DNA of 63,619 bases, filler included, from Cercozoa sp. M6MM (taxonomy: Eukaryota; Protista; Endomyxa: Ascetosporea), in the NCBI GenBank assembly GCA_040357565.1. It is 13 parts of 13 records of this genome, joined end to end, with 100 filler letters (N's around TTAATTAATTAA, not from the genome) between each part and the next. Parts side by side here need not be neighbours in the genome. Positions count along the whole stretch, not along the records: positions 14,384 to 32,127 come from JBDODJ010000257.1; 12 more parts are not named here. The stretch is one strand, 5' to 3'. The notes beneath the pieces were generated by a model. It had not been told where the DNA came from. It did not search any database and saw only the letters and a program-made list of their open reading frames with translations. Shown here piece by piece: positions 16,362-29,804 of this stretch (positions are counted from its first letter, which is position 1; every line of letters begins with the position of its first letter). Both the position numbers and the translations under genes were made by a program.

Positions 16362-19300
16362 GTGTATATATGTGTGTTGAAGGTACAGTTTTTTCTGTAT
16401 GCATGCATGCATATGTATATGTGTACGAGGTGCACGTGCGCAGACTCGCCAACGCAGCAAACTGGCCACTGCGGAGGCACTGGGTCTTCCGGTGCACAAG
16501 GCCCCGTCCGTTCTCGACTCTGCCGAGATCAATCGGTACCGTCTCTAGCCGTGTGTACACATGTGTCACTGTTACATGTGATTGATACATGTTATTACAT
16601 GTGACTGATACATGTGACTCATTCATGTGACTGATACATGTGACTGATACATGTGACTGTTACGTGGGTGACTGTACCTTGACCTGTGTCCGCGTGGGTA
16701 GCTTCATTCGTCTCAAGCAGTCGCTGAAAGCTCTTTCTGCCATCACCAAGAACAAGCCGGTAACATACACTGTGGTGTGTATGTGGACATGTACATATGC
16801 GGACATGTACATATGTACATGTACATGTATGTGTGCATGTGTATGTGCAGCACTGTCCTCAGTACGATGTCAAACGGCTGCAGAACGCGTCCATCTGTTC
16901 CGACTTGGACGTGGTACTGCTGTAATATCCGTCCCATGTATCTAAAGCGAGTGCAACTGCAAGTGCTCAGGTGGGTGACCGACTGCCCAGACTTGATCTG
17001 GCTACAAAGTTCGATCGCGCGTTTCGCGATGAATGGGTAGTCTAGCTTGGTTTTATTGTTGCTTAAGTGTGTATGTATATGTCTATATTTATGTGTATGT
17101 GTATGTGTATCTGTATATTCATCTGTATTTATTTATGTGTATGTGTATCTGTATATTTATGTGCATATATCTCTGTGTATATGTGTGTACATGTATGTAC
17201 ATGTGTATATATCTGTATGTATTGTGCATGTATGTGTGTATGTACATGTGTGTGTGTGTGTGTGTGTGTGCATGCCTTGCAGGGAGTGCTTGAGAGTGAC
17301 ACGGACAGTGAGACCGACACTGACGTCGAGGGTGATGAAGATACCAAGGGTATCCGCGAGGATGACAGTGACAGCCGCGCGGACGAGTTGCCCTGGGTGG
17401 AGACTCCGATCACCAAGGAGTGCTACCAAGGCAACTTTGGCACCGATGCTTTCGCTTGCCACCGGCGCGCACACAGGCGCGCACTGCGTTTCACGAGTCA
17501 GTTCTACGCCGGCAAGAAACAGGTGCCGCGCAGTGTCTTCCACGCGCGTTACTTGGCGCACTTGAGACACGCGCTGCAGCAAGAGGCCAGTAGGCTGCCC
17601 CCTCATTATTTTGGACTGACATACTTCAGGACATACCCATATATATTTATATATATATATATATATATATTTATTTATTTATATATTTATATATAGATAT
17701 TTATTTATTTATTATTTATTTGTTTTTTATTTATTTATGTGTATATATTGATATAGATATATTTTATTTATTTATTTATATATATGTGTATTCGTGTGTA
17801 TATGTATGTATATATATATATATATGTGTAAATATATGTATATACATATGTATATCTATATATATATATGTGTATAGATATGTATATACTTAGTATCTGT
17901 ATGTTTATTTATTTATTATTTATTTGTTTATTTATTTATTTATATATAATATTTATTTAATATATATATATATATATATATGTATTTGTGTGTATATGTA
18001 TGTATATATGTATATGTTTAAATATATATATATATATGTGTGTGCAGAGGCCAGACTCGTAGCGGAAGCGGGCAGAATCGAAGTGAACACACGCACCTTG
18101 ATTCAGGTGCCTGCCAAGCCGAAAGAGATCGCAGATGTTGCGGACTCTGCTGAAGGTACTGCGTGTGGTGTACATGTATGTGTGCATGTGTATGTGTGTG
18201 TGTGCAATGATACCTTACAGCTGAGGAGGTGGTCGACATGCGCGCACTGCTGGCGCAAGACGACCTCGCCGACGACGACAACGACGAGGAGTACTCGGTG
18301 GTCCTGCTCGACCACGACGACGCCGACACTGACTGTTCCGACAACGACACCGACCTGCCGAGCTGGGGTAGGCTTTGTCTCTATTTATATATATATATAT
18401 ATATATATGTATAATCTGTCTGTATATCTATATGTAAATGTATCTATCTGTATATATATATATTTATATATGTATATATATATATAGATCTATCTATATT
18501 TATTTGTTTATTTATTTATTTATTTTTTTATACTTTTTTATTGACATATATATTTTATTTTTATACTTATATATATATATATATATACATCTATCTATAT
18601 ATCTATATCTTCATATCTGTATCTTCATATCTATATATATATGTAGAGACAAAGGAAGGCGGAAAAGCCGATGCGGCGTTGCAGTGTCTGCTGAACGGGG
18701 CCAAGTGTGCCGCCAAGTTCCTGCGCCGGCGCGAGGAACCCGAACTGCGGTCGTGCAAGTCACTACAGGTGTCTCTGTCTGTGTCTGTGTCTGTTTGTGT
18801 CTGTGTCTGGTGTCTGTGTCTGTGTCTGTGTGTGTCTGTATGTTTCAACTCTTCCATCGGGGGTGACTGCGTCTGCTTAGACCCTGTCGGATCGAATCCG
18901 GAAGGAGAGAACAGCCGCTGAGCCGAGCGCGAACTTCTATGATGTTGGTATCACGAGTGTTATGTCATGTCACCATGGCTACATGGCTACATGGCTACAT
19001 GGCTATGTGAATGGCATGTAGTCTTGACCCGAGTGTTGCACAACATGGAACGCATGTCTCCTCCCGGACGTCGCAGTAGGGTATGCTCTCCGATGTCTGT
19101 GTGTATGTATGTATGCATACCTGTCTGTCCCAGGTCGCTCGCTACCTGGAGTTCGCACCAAGAGGAGTACAACTCATGCGCATCACATAGACCACACACA
19201 CATGTGTGTACAATTAGACACCTTCCTTACTGTATGTGTGTGTGGCAGGCACGCAAAGTCTTTGTGCCGGCCGAGGACGACCTGCTGGATCTGGCACTTA

Positions 19301-21772
19301 TTGTTTTCCGCCGCGAACGGCGTCGCGCACTCCAGATGAACGAGGTCCAGGACATGCAGGTAGCACAAGCAGGCACATGCCTTGTCACTACTTGTGTGTG
19401 TGTGTGTGTGTGTCTATGCTTGTGTATCTGTATGTTGGTGTAGTTCACAAGGAAGACGCCAACGCTGCCGTTTGACATCGCCGCGTGTCGCGATCGTCTG
19501 TTGCCGCATCGCGATCTGCGGTGACACTGTTTGTTTACTGAAGGGGCAGACATAGAAATGGGTGGTGTATTTACAACGTGTGTGTGTATGGGGGCGTGCA
19601 GAAACTTGCGCAATCGCTACAATTACAACCTCCAGGTGGAAAACGAGAAGGCCAAGTTTATGGAGGATCCCAGCAGTGTCAGTGTTGAGTACTATCTCCT
19701 GAATTGTCTGTATTTGTATAAACATGTTATATTCTTTATATCCATATATGTATACATATATTTGTATTATATTATATATATTTATATTATATACGTATAC
19801 ATATATATACATATTACTTGTATACATATATCGATATAATATAAACATGTTGATATATACATACATATATCGATATAATATAAACATATAGATATATACA
19901 TACATATATATATATGTATATATGTATGGTGCAAGATGGATGGCATACGGACAGTCAGATGGCGGCGCATCGACAGCTGGCACACCACGTGCTGCGGCGC
20001 TTCGGAATGCGACCGGCGGACCTGTGCACTCTGCGCTCGCGTCGCTTGCGTCGCAACAAGCACGTGTTCGAGTATGTCTTGTTGTTGATGTCTGACTCTG
20101 CAGTGTCCTGCTGCTCACGTTTGTCTTGTGTCTGTGTGTGTATTCAGTGAGCACGTGTTGGTAAAACTCGGCAAGGCGCGAGCAGACATGGCGCTTGTGG
20201 GCCGTTCCTGGAAGGAGGCACTGGCACATCGGTACATCACATACGCATGTATGCAACTTGACACAGACACACGTACATATTTACTGTTGCAGGGAGATTC
20301 AGTTAGATCCCGAGCACGCACGCGATGTGTTCACGCGATACCTTCTTCCTCGTCTAAGGTGCCTTCCCATTTGTGCATGTGTGTGTTTATTTAATCTCTG
20401 TTGCTTGTGTATGTATAGCAAGCTGGAGGCCAATATGGAGCTTTTTGGTGTCTCGGTACAGTGCAGAACTAGCTGTGTCTGATGTGTTGATGTTCTACTC
20501 CGTTTGTGTCGTCGTGTGTAGGGCAATGATGAGGAGGCGACGGCTTTGACTTCGGCTTCGACAGGCGAACCGTATCGTAGTCTCGTCCTACTGTGTGAGG
20601 CCTGTGTATCTCTCTCTCCTCTGCCAAGGTCTCCGAAACGACGTCGACTCAGCTGTTCGGCTCAGGACTTGCACATGCGCGGTCTCTCTGACAAGAGCAA
20701 TCATCATCAACACCAGAAGAACGACGAGAACTCGAGGGAGTTTGTGGCGCGCTCGCTGACCTTGCCAGGCACGATTCAGCACATGGAGACACTGCCAATG
20801 TCAAAGCGCAAAGAGACTGCCGACTTGCGGGCGTGTCCACAACAGCACGAGGGTCAGCAGTTGACACTCGATGGGCACCTTACTCTGAACCTCTCCAACG
20901 CCGCTGGTATGACCTCTTTCTCCATGTGTGTGTGTGATACAATGTGTGTGATATAATGTGTTTGCCTTCTGTTGCTTGGTAGTGGCGGAGAACATGTTCG
21001 ACCATTTGCACGCGAACGCGAATGTCACTTTGGCGGCATCACCAACCCGTTTGTGTGCTTTCTTTCCGGCATGTCTCCTGTGAGATAAACACTTTGTACT
21101 TTGTCTCTGCGTGTAGTGCTTTCGAAAGCGACTCCGAGAGCAGCAGCGACGACGACGAGTCCTCCGCTAGCTCGACCGACGGTGCGCACAGTCACACTGC
21201 GTTCCGTCCATTCGGCGACAGGAACAGTGACCCGGATGGCAGGCAGAGAAGGCCGAACAAGGCCAAGGAAACTGCCGGTGACAGGCGCAATGACTTTGGC
21301 GCCTTCCTCACGCGTGTCGAAGGCGACCGTGAGCTTCTTTCGTCGCGATCGCGATCGCGCTCTCTGCATGAGCCTGAAACCGTACCCTTTGGCATTTCTC
21401 CTTGTTGGATTGTATCCATATGGGTCTGTGTGTTTGTGCAGTTGATTGACGGAAGCTCACTGTCGCGTCAAGTGTCAAGCATGCATCCCGAAGACCGTCG
21501 GCAGCTCGAGGATACTGTGGGCCGTTTCGGCAGCGATGTAACTTATGGCATGTGTGAGTATTTTTTTGGGAGCACTTTGAGTTTATGTGGTAGCTCATGA
21601 ACTGGCCAAGACGAACAAACGAACTGGTATCTCTAAACTTGCTAATTGTTTTGGTTATCTTCCTTCTCGTGGTGCTTTCGCCGTTACATGTTCTGTCTTT
21701 GGTCAGGTTGACCGTCTTGGTGGCGAGGATCGTATGCAAATGATCATAAAGCGTCTTTTCCCCGCCCGTTAA
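15116..21772 (+). CDS. Large multi-exon hypothetical protein
   Basis: More than 25 coding-like exons separated by GT-AG introns, several of them TA/TG satellite-expanded. Contains acidic tracts and ends ...IIKRLFPAR*. Confidence 0.55.
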
Positions 21773-22245
21773 CCTATGCGCTGGCCTCCTGTTACGCCGA
21801 TAGGGTTGGGTACTGATGCGACGTTGTCCCTGTACGTGCCACTGTACTTTACGTGCGGGCTGCCGCGTGCTTTCGTTTTATTGAAATTGATACGTATCGT
21901 CGTACTGCGCTGGAATAACCCAACGAGGAGATAAGCAAACACGGATTTCTCAGTTTGCATTTGAGTTACAAGTCCGGCGCTGCACTTTTTTTATGAACTG
22001 AACGTAAAGAGGAGCATGAAAACTTGGATCTCTTTGAATTTAGCTGAGGTTTAATCGAAACACCGACTTGAGCACGTACGTGCTAGAAGCGACATAGGAG
22101 CCCGTGGGAGTGCTGCGGTGAGCCAGAGTCGCTTTCGGAGTTTTGCATCTGGTTGGAGACACAGTGAACTATAAAGCCGCCCCTCGATTTGACCTTCAAT
22201 TACGTACACGGCGATGATTGTGAGACTACAGTTTCAACAACCGAG

Positions 22246-24103
22246 ATGAAAGTGCCACAACTGCAGCTTTCGTCTAGATCTGCAAGCTGCTCTCGCAGAC
22301 GCAGTGACTCACACAGCGACACGGACCAGTCGTACCTTATGAAACAGTAGTTCACAAAAGGGACCGAAAACTGTTCCTATTCAGACCGAGAAGTGACGTC
22401 AGGCCGACTCGAAATCAGCAGATGCGTCGGCAGTACCGCGGGCTACTTCAACGAATGCGCGAGCGACGCCGCAGACAGCAACTGCGACAAGGCACGCGCA
22501 TGACTCAGCAGCAGCGACGTCTGTTCGAACAGCTGTTTGGCAGTGCGAGCAGTGCATTCTCCGAGACAGAGAGCAGCCTGGAAAAGCCTCAGGCATCACC
22601 TTTCAGGAGGAGTGTTGCCAATATGAGCCACCGAGCTGCCTCAACGTTCCGTGAAGACGACGAACTCGTCCAACTGCGAAGCCGGTACACTCTCTAGTCT
22701 TGTGTGATGTTGAATTATATCTTCCTGTTAAGTAAAGAATGCAACGCGCGTCGCTCAAACTGCGCGCGTTGCGACGAGACGTGCGTCACTTGTCAGATCA
22801 AATCACCCAAGTGACGACGCAGGTGGCTGCACCGTCGCCAAAAACATCCCCTTCTCCACATTCCAAGCGATCAAAACAACCCAGTTCGCGGGCACATCGT
22901 CGAACATCTCCAACAGAGCGATCTAGTGACGAAGAACTCCGCCAACGGATGTCAGTTTTACAGCAGGACCTGGTCAGTTTAGTATTTTCCTTCTTGACTA
23001 CAATCCCTAATTTCCTTCATTGTAGAGAACTCCTTTGTTCACGCACAATGACGTGCAACAAAAAAGAACTCACGAACGGGAGCTACACCAAGTACTTTGT
23101 CTATCAACTGCACCGAAAGTAGCTCTCTCTTGACAGTTTGAAAAACAACTTCCCAGTCGAGCTCCTCCTCAAGTAGCCACTTATCGAGAAGCAAAACTCG
23201 TAGCTCCGAGAGTGACTCCGATAGGAGTTCCGATAATGACGCCAGCGATATCGTGCAACTGCTCTCTGCGTCGCCCAAGAAGAAGAATCTGCCACGGCTC
23301 GTGCAGCCTCGCCAGTTGACACACGTACACCGACGTCCTAGACGTACAGAGATGCCTGTTAGAAGGAAGATAGAGTCCCCTCGGTCGGCTTCGTCTTCGA
23401 CATCAAGCACTAGCCAGCTCACACAGCCACAACCACCGGAGAGTAGCGGTTCCAACCAACGCGGCGGTGGATACACAGACTTCCTGCCACAAGTCTCCAT
23501 CGATATGTAAGTGTCTCCTTTTGGATGATATTTTGAATTGTCCCGTTGAACAAAAACAAACTGTAGAGAGAGTGCCACACCCTCCACATCGACGATTGGA
23601 CCGGAAACTGTCTCAAATTTCTGGGTACTGTAGCCAAAACGGCAGTTCAAACAGACTGAGTTCAGATTCGTATTTTCACTATTAATTTAGACGCCTCCAA
23701 AAATACCAACGCAGCTGCCACAGTTCCAACGGCTCACGCCAAGAGCTTCCTCTTCGACAACAGCAACGACAATGACGACGGCAACGACAACAACGACAGC
23801 GATCCCAACAATTTCTCGAACAGCACAGACGCGACCCTCAGTTGCAGTTCCGACAATGATCAACGTCAACGAAGCCAAAGCCAAAGCTCCAACTGATCAC
23901 GGCGGAGCAGCAGCTACCTTCGCTTCTCAGCACAGACCGAACTATGATCCTCTCTTGGCAAAGTACGGAGGATGGCAAGCCACAAAACAATGGTGTCAAG
24001 GCCTACAGGTTTTCTACGTATCGTGTATGTGACACTGGGACGTGTGCAGGCCTCGAGCACCATCAAAGGAGGAATGGATGCGACGCCAAGCACAAAAGTC
24101 TAA
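22246..24103 (+). CDS. Hypothetical low-complexity, coiled-coil protein
   Basis: MKVPQLQLSSR...; spliced ORFs 22422-22697, 22739-22972, 23253-23505 and 23690-24008; ends ...DATPSTKV*. Confidence 0.55.
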
Positions 24104-24195
24104 GGCGACATCAGTACCGCTCCGAGTGCCACAATCAGCTCCAATTAACGCTGCTTGGAACGACCCCAACGCGGCGTTTTAGATACTTATTGGAC

Positions 24196-27100
24196 TAATT
24201 TAAACTTAGTGTCTGGAACGGACTGGTAGGTTTCGCGCTCGTTCGACGTATGTCACGTGTAGAGGTCTTCATCAATAAAGTACATGTTGCTCACGGTGAT
24301 GCTGCCGTCATTAGCACATGCAAACAGCTGTGCACAACAAAAGTTAAACGGTCAACTCAAACTAAGCTGCAAGCTCGGCGGTACCTGGCGACAGTCGGGA
24401 GTCCATGCCACACAGGTGACGGCACGCGTATGGAAGCTCAGTGTCGTAAACTCTCGCAACTGCGTGTTGCCGGAGGTGTCAAACGTGAATATAGTAATCG
24501 TGGCACCAGCTGCCACGGCGACGTATTTCTCGTTCGGTGAGATGGCAATGTACTGCCCTCATGTGTTGAGACAACTGATAGAATCTCACGTCCTTTGGAA
24601 AAAATAATACGTTCACGGGCTCCTGCAGGTCAAGTGTGGAAACTGCAGCGGCGATATCTTCGTCAAAGACGTAAACGCTGCCGTCCGATGTGCCCAGCAG
24701 AAGCTCTCTTTCGCCTGTTGCAATATTAATAATGGTATCCATACCTTCAATTTAATTTTGCGGCGCCGTACCTTGCTTTCGTTGTGCCATGCAAAGAGGG
24801 TGTCCATTGAAACCATGGTGCAACACAGGTGCCAGTGACAACGTGTCGCAGTCGAACGTGGCTAGTTTTGCAAACACAGCACATTTCATTCCAAGCTTGA
24901 TGAGTTTTGCTTGCAGCTTGATAAGTGACAACAAATTGTGGAAGCAGTTTACTCAGAGTGCCCTCGTTTGAACACGAATGCACCCAGACATGCCCCGCGC
25001 GTCTCTGCTCCATTAAAATGAAGTGCAAGCAAAACCTAAAGAAAAAATAAGCTTACATCGTCGCCGTTCTGGTTGAAGTTGCCGGTGTCTACACAGAAAC
25101 AAGTCCAAACATATCCATCTACTGAAATTGAATTAAACTTAATACTATACCAGCAGTAAGCGCAACGACGGATCGACTGTGAACGGCCAGTTGTGTCACA
25201 AACTGTCGCGTGTCGGCATTCCAAACGCGCACGATGCCACTGTAAAAACACATAAAGAACTAAACAGAGATTGGACACAGTGTATACCTATCGCCGGCGG
25301 CAATAAGTGCACGGAAGGTATTTCGGTGTGCCACACGAAGTTGCGTTACTTGCAGCGTACGCACTATTTATATTGATGCTGTTAAATAATAAGAAAGAAG
25401 AGGGTAGTAAGTTTGTCACACAGTGTACCCGATCCTTTGGAAGCACTTGGAATGGCCCACAGTACTTCGGATTCGCGGCATCGAGCGGCAAACGCACCAG
25501 ACAAATCGCCGGTGCTGAGTACGACACAGCGAATGCTGCCATCGATACAGCCTGCAATGACTTTGTACTCCTTTAGGCAAAAACATGACCCGAGTAATTG
25601 TTTCTATTGGCACTCGGCAGACGTGTTGCCAGTTGAGAGGTGATACCTCGCGAGCGAACTCGAGATGCAATGTTGCAGCAGCACAAGACAGTTTCGCCCA
25701 CGCGATAACTCTCATTGTTACGACGTCCCACAAATACACACGTCCCGTGTCATCCGCGGCTGCACGACAATACAGTACAACCTGTTTCCCTAGATATTCC
25801 GTGCAGCAGAATTTTACAGGCAAACACGTCGTTTCGACCCGAGGCAACCGCGACAACAGTGGGCACACCTGCGTGAGTCTGCGAGACTGTAGCTGAATGC
25901 GTCAGATGGTAGACCAAGTCGTCCTTATCGAAAGGCAAGGTCTCTAAACATAATGTTGTAACAAACTGAACTACGGCAATTCAATTGTTGGTACCTTCGG
26001 ATGCATCGCTTTCGACAGAAGCCGCACTTACGCTCGCGAAGCGACGCTGCTGCACTCGCAAAAGCTCCGTCAAACCAGTTTGTGTGCTGAAGAGAAGCTG
26101 CGCGGTATCTGTGTCAAAGTCAAGGCTTGTGATTGCGCCCTATGCAATAACTGAAGAACTGAAAAAAACCAGTATCTATCAGATGAACTGAGGCACCATG
26201 GAAGTGTAGCGATCGAGCGACTTCCAAATGAGATCACGACCCTGCCACAATGCAATTGAGCCATCTCCCGCCCCCACCTGTTGCACACGTACAAATGTTG
26301 TGACTGCTTTGCCTTTCATCAGTTGGAAGCAGTGACTTACAGCAATGCAGGTCGGGGACACAAAGGCGATAGCGTGCACACCAGCCTCGCAGCTGTCAAT
26401 CGACGTACGGTACATGCACTTCTCTCCGTCGAACAAGAAGACGTCTCCTGTTTGTGTCCCAACCGCAACCGACGCTTCACACGCACTAATGCTAAAAGAA
26501 AAAGGCAAATTAATTTCGCGACAGTTCGTTGTTCCATGTTCTTTTACCAACTGAAAGTTCGGCGGCGGCGTGAGTGAGGTGGCATCATCATCTGCGTTGT
26601 CTGAAAGACAACTTGTGCTTGTCAGAGTTAGCGTGAAAGAAAGCCAGTACCTCAAAGCAAAAGTGCGACGTGTTTCGATTGAAGCGAAATAGCACGCGGA
26701 AGGCATTGCCGTCAGAGGAAGCAACGAACAGCTCAAACTTTGCTTGTTTCATGTACATGTGAGACGATGGCGCATGCTTGGAGATCCAGTTTCTTCCCAC
26801 TACAGGAATATTTAGGCAACACGATTCCAATACTGCTAGTACAAAGTTCGTTGCAATCTATACGTGATAAGTCGACGAAATCTGCATGTTTCAAGCGCGT
26901 GCAGCACAGAGCTTCGCCAGTTTCGACCTTCCATGCAATTATGCTCTGCGACGATACACCTGTTACGTACAGTATAGTGTAAAATTTACACGTAAGGTCG
27001 GCTGCTTGTTCTCACTCACTTCAAACAACAGAGTTACCAAACAGAAGGCGCGAATCATGAGAGAACCCAAGGGCACGAACTCGCTCATTGGAGTATTCGC

Positions 27101-27830
27101 ACTGGACGACTGCTTGTTTTGTGGCCACGTCCCACAAGTGGACGCTCTTGTCACAATGCGAAGTTGCTGCAGTAGCGGCAACTGTGAGTACGTGCCGTGT
27201 TTTAGTTCTCAGTGGTTTACCTGCGAATTGCCGACTGACGGCGAGTGCGACAATGTTGCTGTCGACAGGTGCCTTCGCCAGGACTTGGTCGTGTCGATCA
27301 CTGGAACAACGATTCCAAATGAACCATTCACTCAGAGTCGGGACAGGCTACCTTGTGTCACCAAAAATCAGTTGTGAAGCACATGCGCTGGTGTATTTGG
27401 ATTCGGTTCCCTGCTCGAGCAACAGCCACTAAATTTTCCAGAGGCACCAGGAAGGTATTTCAATTTTAATCTGTACCTCACACAACTTTACATGCGAAGT
27501 GTGGGCGAAAAGTTGCTCCAACTCAACGCCAATTGCAAGTACGTCCGGTGCAGCTTCGCTCGAAACACTGATCTTCGCCGAAGCAGCTTCGCCAATGCGA
27601 CGTTGATCATGCAGCTTCGAATGCGTGTCTGGCGCGAACAAGGCTGCTCGAGCCTGTTCCTTAAGCATGCTTTCGCGTCGCTCCAAGCAAAGAAAGTTAG
27701 CTACCAGTACATCAATGCCTTTTTTTTGCTTCCTCGCGGATCTGACAACTTTGAATCCCAACCTCAGGATTCAAGAAAGATAAAAAACAGCGCTCCCCAG
27801 ATTCAGACCCTTGATTCTACAGATCATCCG
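24196..27830 (-). CDS. WD40/beta-propeller-like protein
   Basis: Repeated propeller-type strands: VAVGTQTGDVFLFD, DDTGRVYLWD, LLLGTSDGSVYVFD. Ends are approximate. Confidence 0.55.
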
Positions 27831-27963
27831 TTTCAGAGAAGCAATCGGATTGCCCAGATCGTGTGCAGGCGTGTGAGCCTGGTGTAACGGTGCCGTGTGC
27901 ATTGGCATAGGGTGTGCTTTGGCGCCACGCAGACAAGGGTCAAAAACGGCAAAACTGAAAAGC

Positions 27964-29705
27964 ATGGCACTCGCGAGCGCACTGGCGCAGGGTGCTCACT
28001 CGGTACGTGAGTGCGTCTGCCACCCCTCCGTGGAATCGCACATTTTGTTATTGGTCTGGTGGTGCTCAGGTGCCAGTGTCGCCAAGTAACAGTGCCATGA
28101 GTGCGCCATCAGCCTGTGGTGCGTTTCACATTGGACAGTGACCACCGCTGGTCTGTGGTCTGTGACCTGTGGTTATGATGTTGTCATATGGCTTGCTGAC
28201 TCAGTGCCGCCAATTGGAACGCCGCCTGTGGTCGGCCGCGCTTCGTCGCTGTCGTTGTCGCGCTCGCTGTCGGTGGGACGGTCGTTCCGTGCCTCGGAGC
28301 GTGTTGGACTCGGGGCCAGGGTAGTGTGTTTCGTTTTTTAAATGTCTTTTCGTATTTGAAGGATAAAATAGGCTCTGGAAGACGGCCGTGGACTGCTGTC
28401 GCCGCAGGTGCTGTGCGTGCGCGTGGAGGTGTGGCTGCTGCAGAGCGACATTTCGCTGCTGCGCAGCGAGCTGGACGACGCCTCTCAGCGACAGTACTTT
28501 TGCTCCTCTCTCCGCCTCTTGATACCCACTTTGTCTCTCTGCACAGACACGTCGTGTCGACACGACTGAACGAGCAGTTGCTGCAACTGGAGAAAGTTAA
28601 GAAAGCACTGCAATTCCAGGTGCGTACTGTTCTTCTCTTTTGTGTCTTGACTTTAATTTTGTGTGTGTTGTCCCTCAGTCCTCAACGACACTGCGAGCAG
28701 CCAAGGAGGCGCAGAAAGAACTCAGAGTACTCTCGTTGGACCCTTTCTGTATTCTTGAGAATAGCTGTGGCTGCAGGAGCTTTCGGCAGCGCGCGCCGTG
28801 CTGGAGCAGCACGTGAAGCGACTGGAGCAGGTGCCGCATGCCACGCACTTTGGCCGTGTCGCTGCACGCAGACGCGTCGCGCAGGTCTCGCGAAAACGTG
28901 CCAACGCCGCCATGCGCTTGTTGCAACTGGTACACGATACCACCATACTCCTGGTCCTTTTGTTTGACAGGAGGTATCTCAGGTACACACGAGGAGGCGA
29001 CTGACGCGTCGTTTGCATCGCATCACTTCTGTACCCACTATTTTCGAAAGTGTTTTCTGTGTTACCGTTTAAAATTTGACCTGCTGTAGCACATCAAAGT
29101 AATCTCGCAACTGCACGAGAAGAAGATCATGCGACTGCTCAACAGTACATCCTCCATCCATCTCAGTATGTTCCCTTGTTTACTCTGTTGGTGTGCCCCG
29201 ACAGCCACGCTGACGATGGACTTTGCCCCGCTGCCAGTGTCGTCGGTGCTGTCGCAAGAGGAGTGCGACCGACTGGATGCGCTCGATCTTAACGAGGACC
29301 GACTCAACGTCGACGAGTTCGGTCACGACGGCGCAAGTACGAAAAATACGAAAACTCGCGCGTCCAACGTCGTTCACAGCAGCGACACGGACCACACGGA
29401 CTTGGACGAAGAATTCGCCGATAACGACGATACTTTGCGGGGCACGGACTCGCATAGCAAAGTCTCTGGTGAGTTTCGTCTCGCTTTCATGCATTATCGA
29501 GGCTCAAATCACACCCTTGCTTCATACAGGGTACAGTGAGGACAAGGAGCACGACTGGCTCGACGCTGATGTTCGAGAGTCGTTGCACACTGTAGCTTTT
29601 CAAAACCCCTGAGTGTTTGTGCTGACACCTAGCGGTTATTCTGTGCTATCATCTGTCCTGTGTGCTACAGTGGTGTCTGATGCGCCGCCGCTGTCGTCGG
29701 AGTGA
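27964..29705 (+). CDS. Hypothetical coiled-coil protein
   Basis: MALASALAQG...LLQSDISLLRSELDD...LNEQLLQLEKVKKALQFQ..., then an acidic tail ending VVSDAPPLSSE*. Confidence 0.5.
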
Positions 29706-29804
29706 GAAACGCCTCGCTGCTTGTAAAAACGACAAAAAATACAGTATTCAGTGATTGCACCAACACGCTTGTGCGCAGTGCTGCGACACAAGGCGCAGTT
29801 GCTC

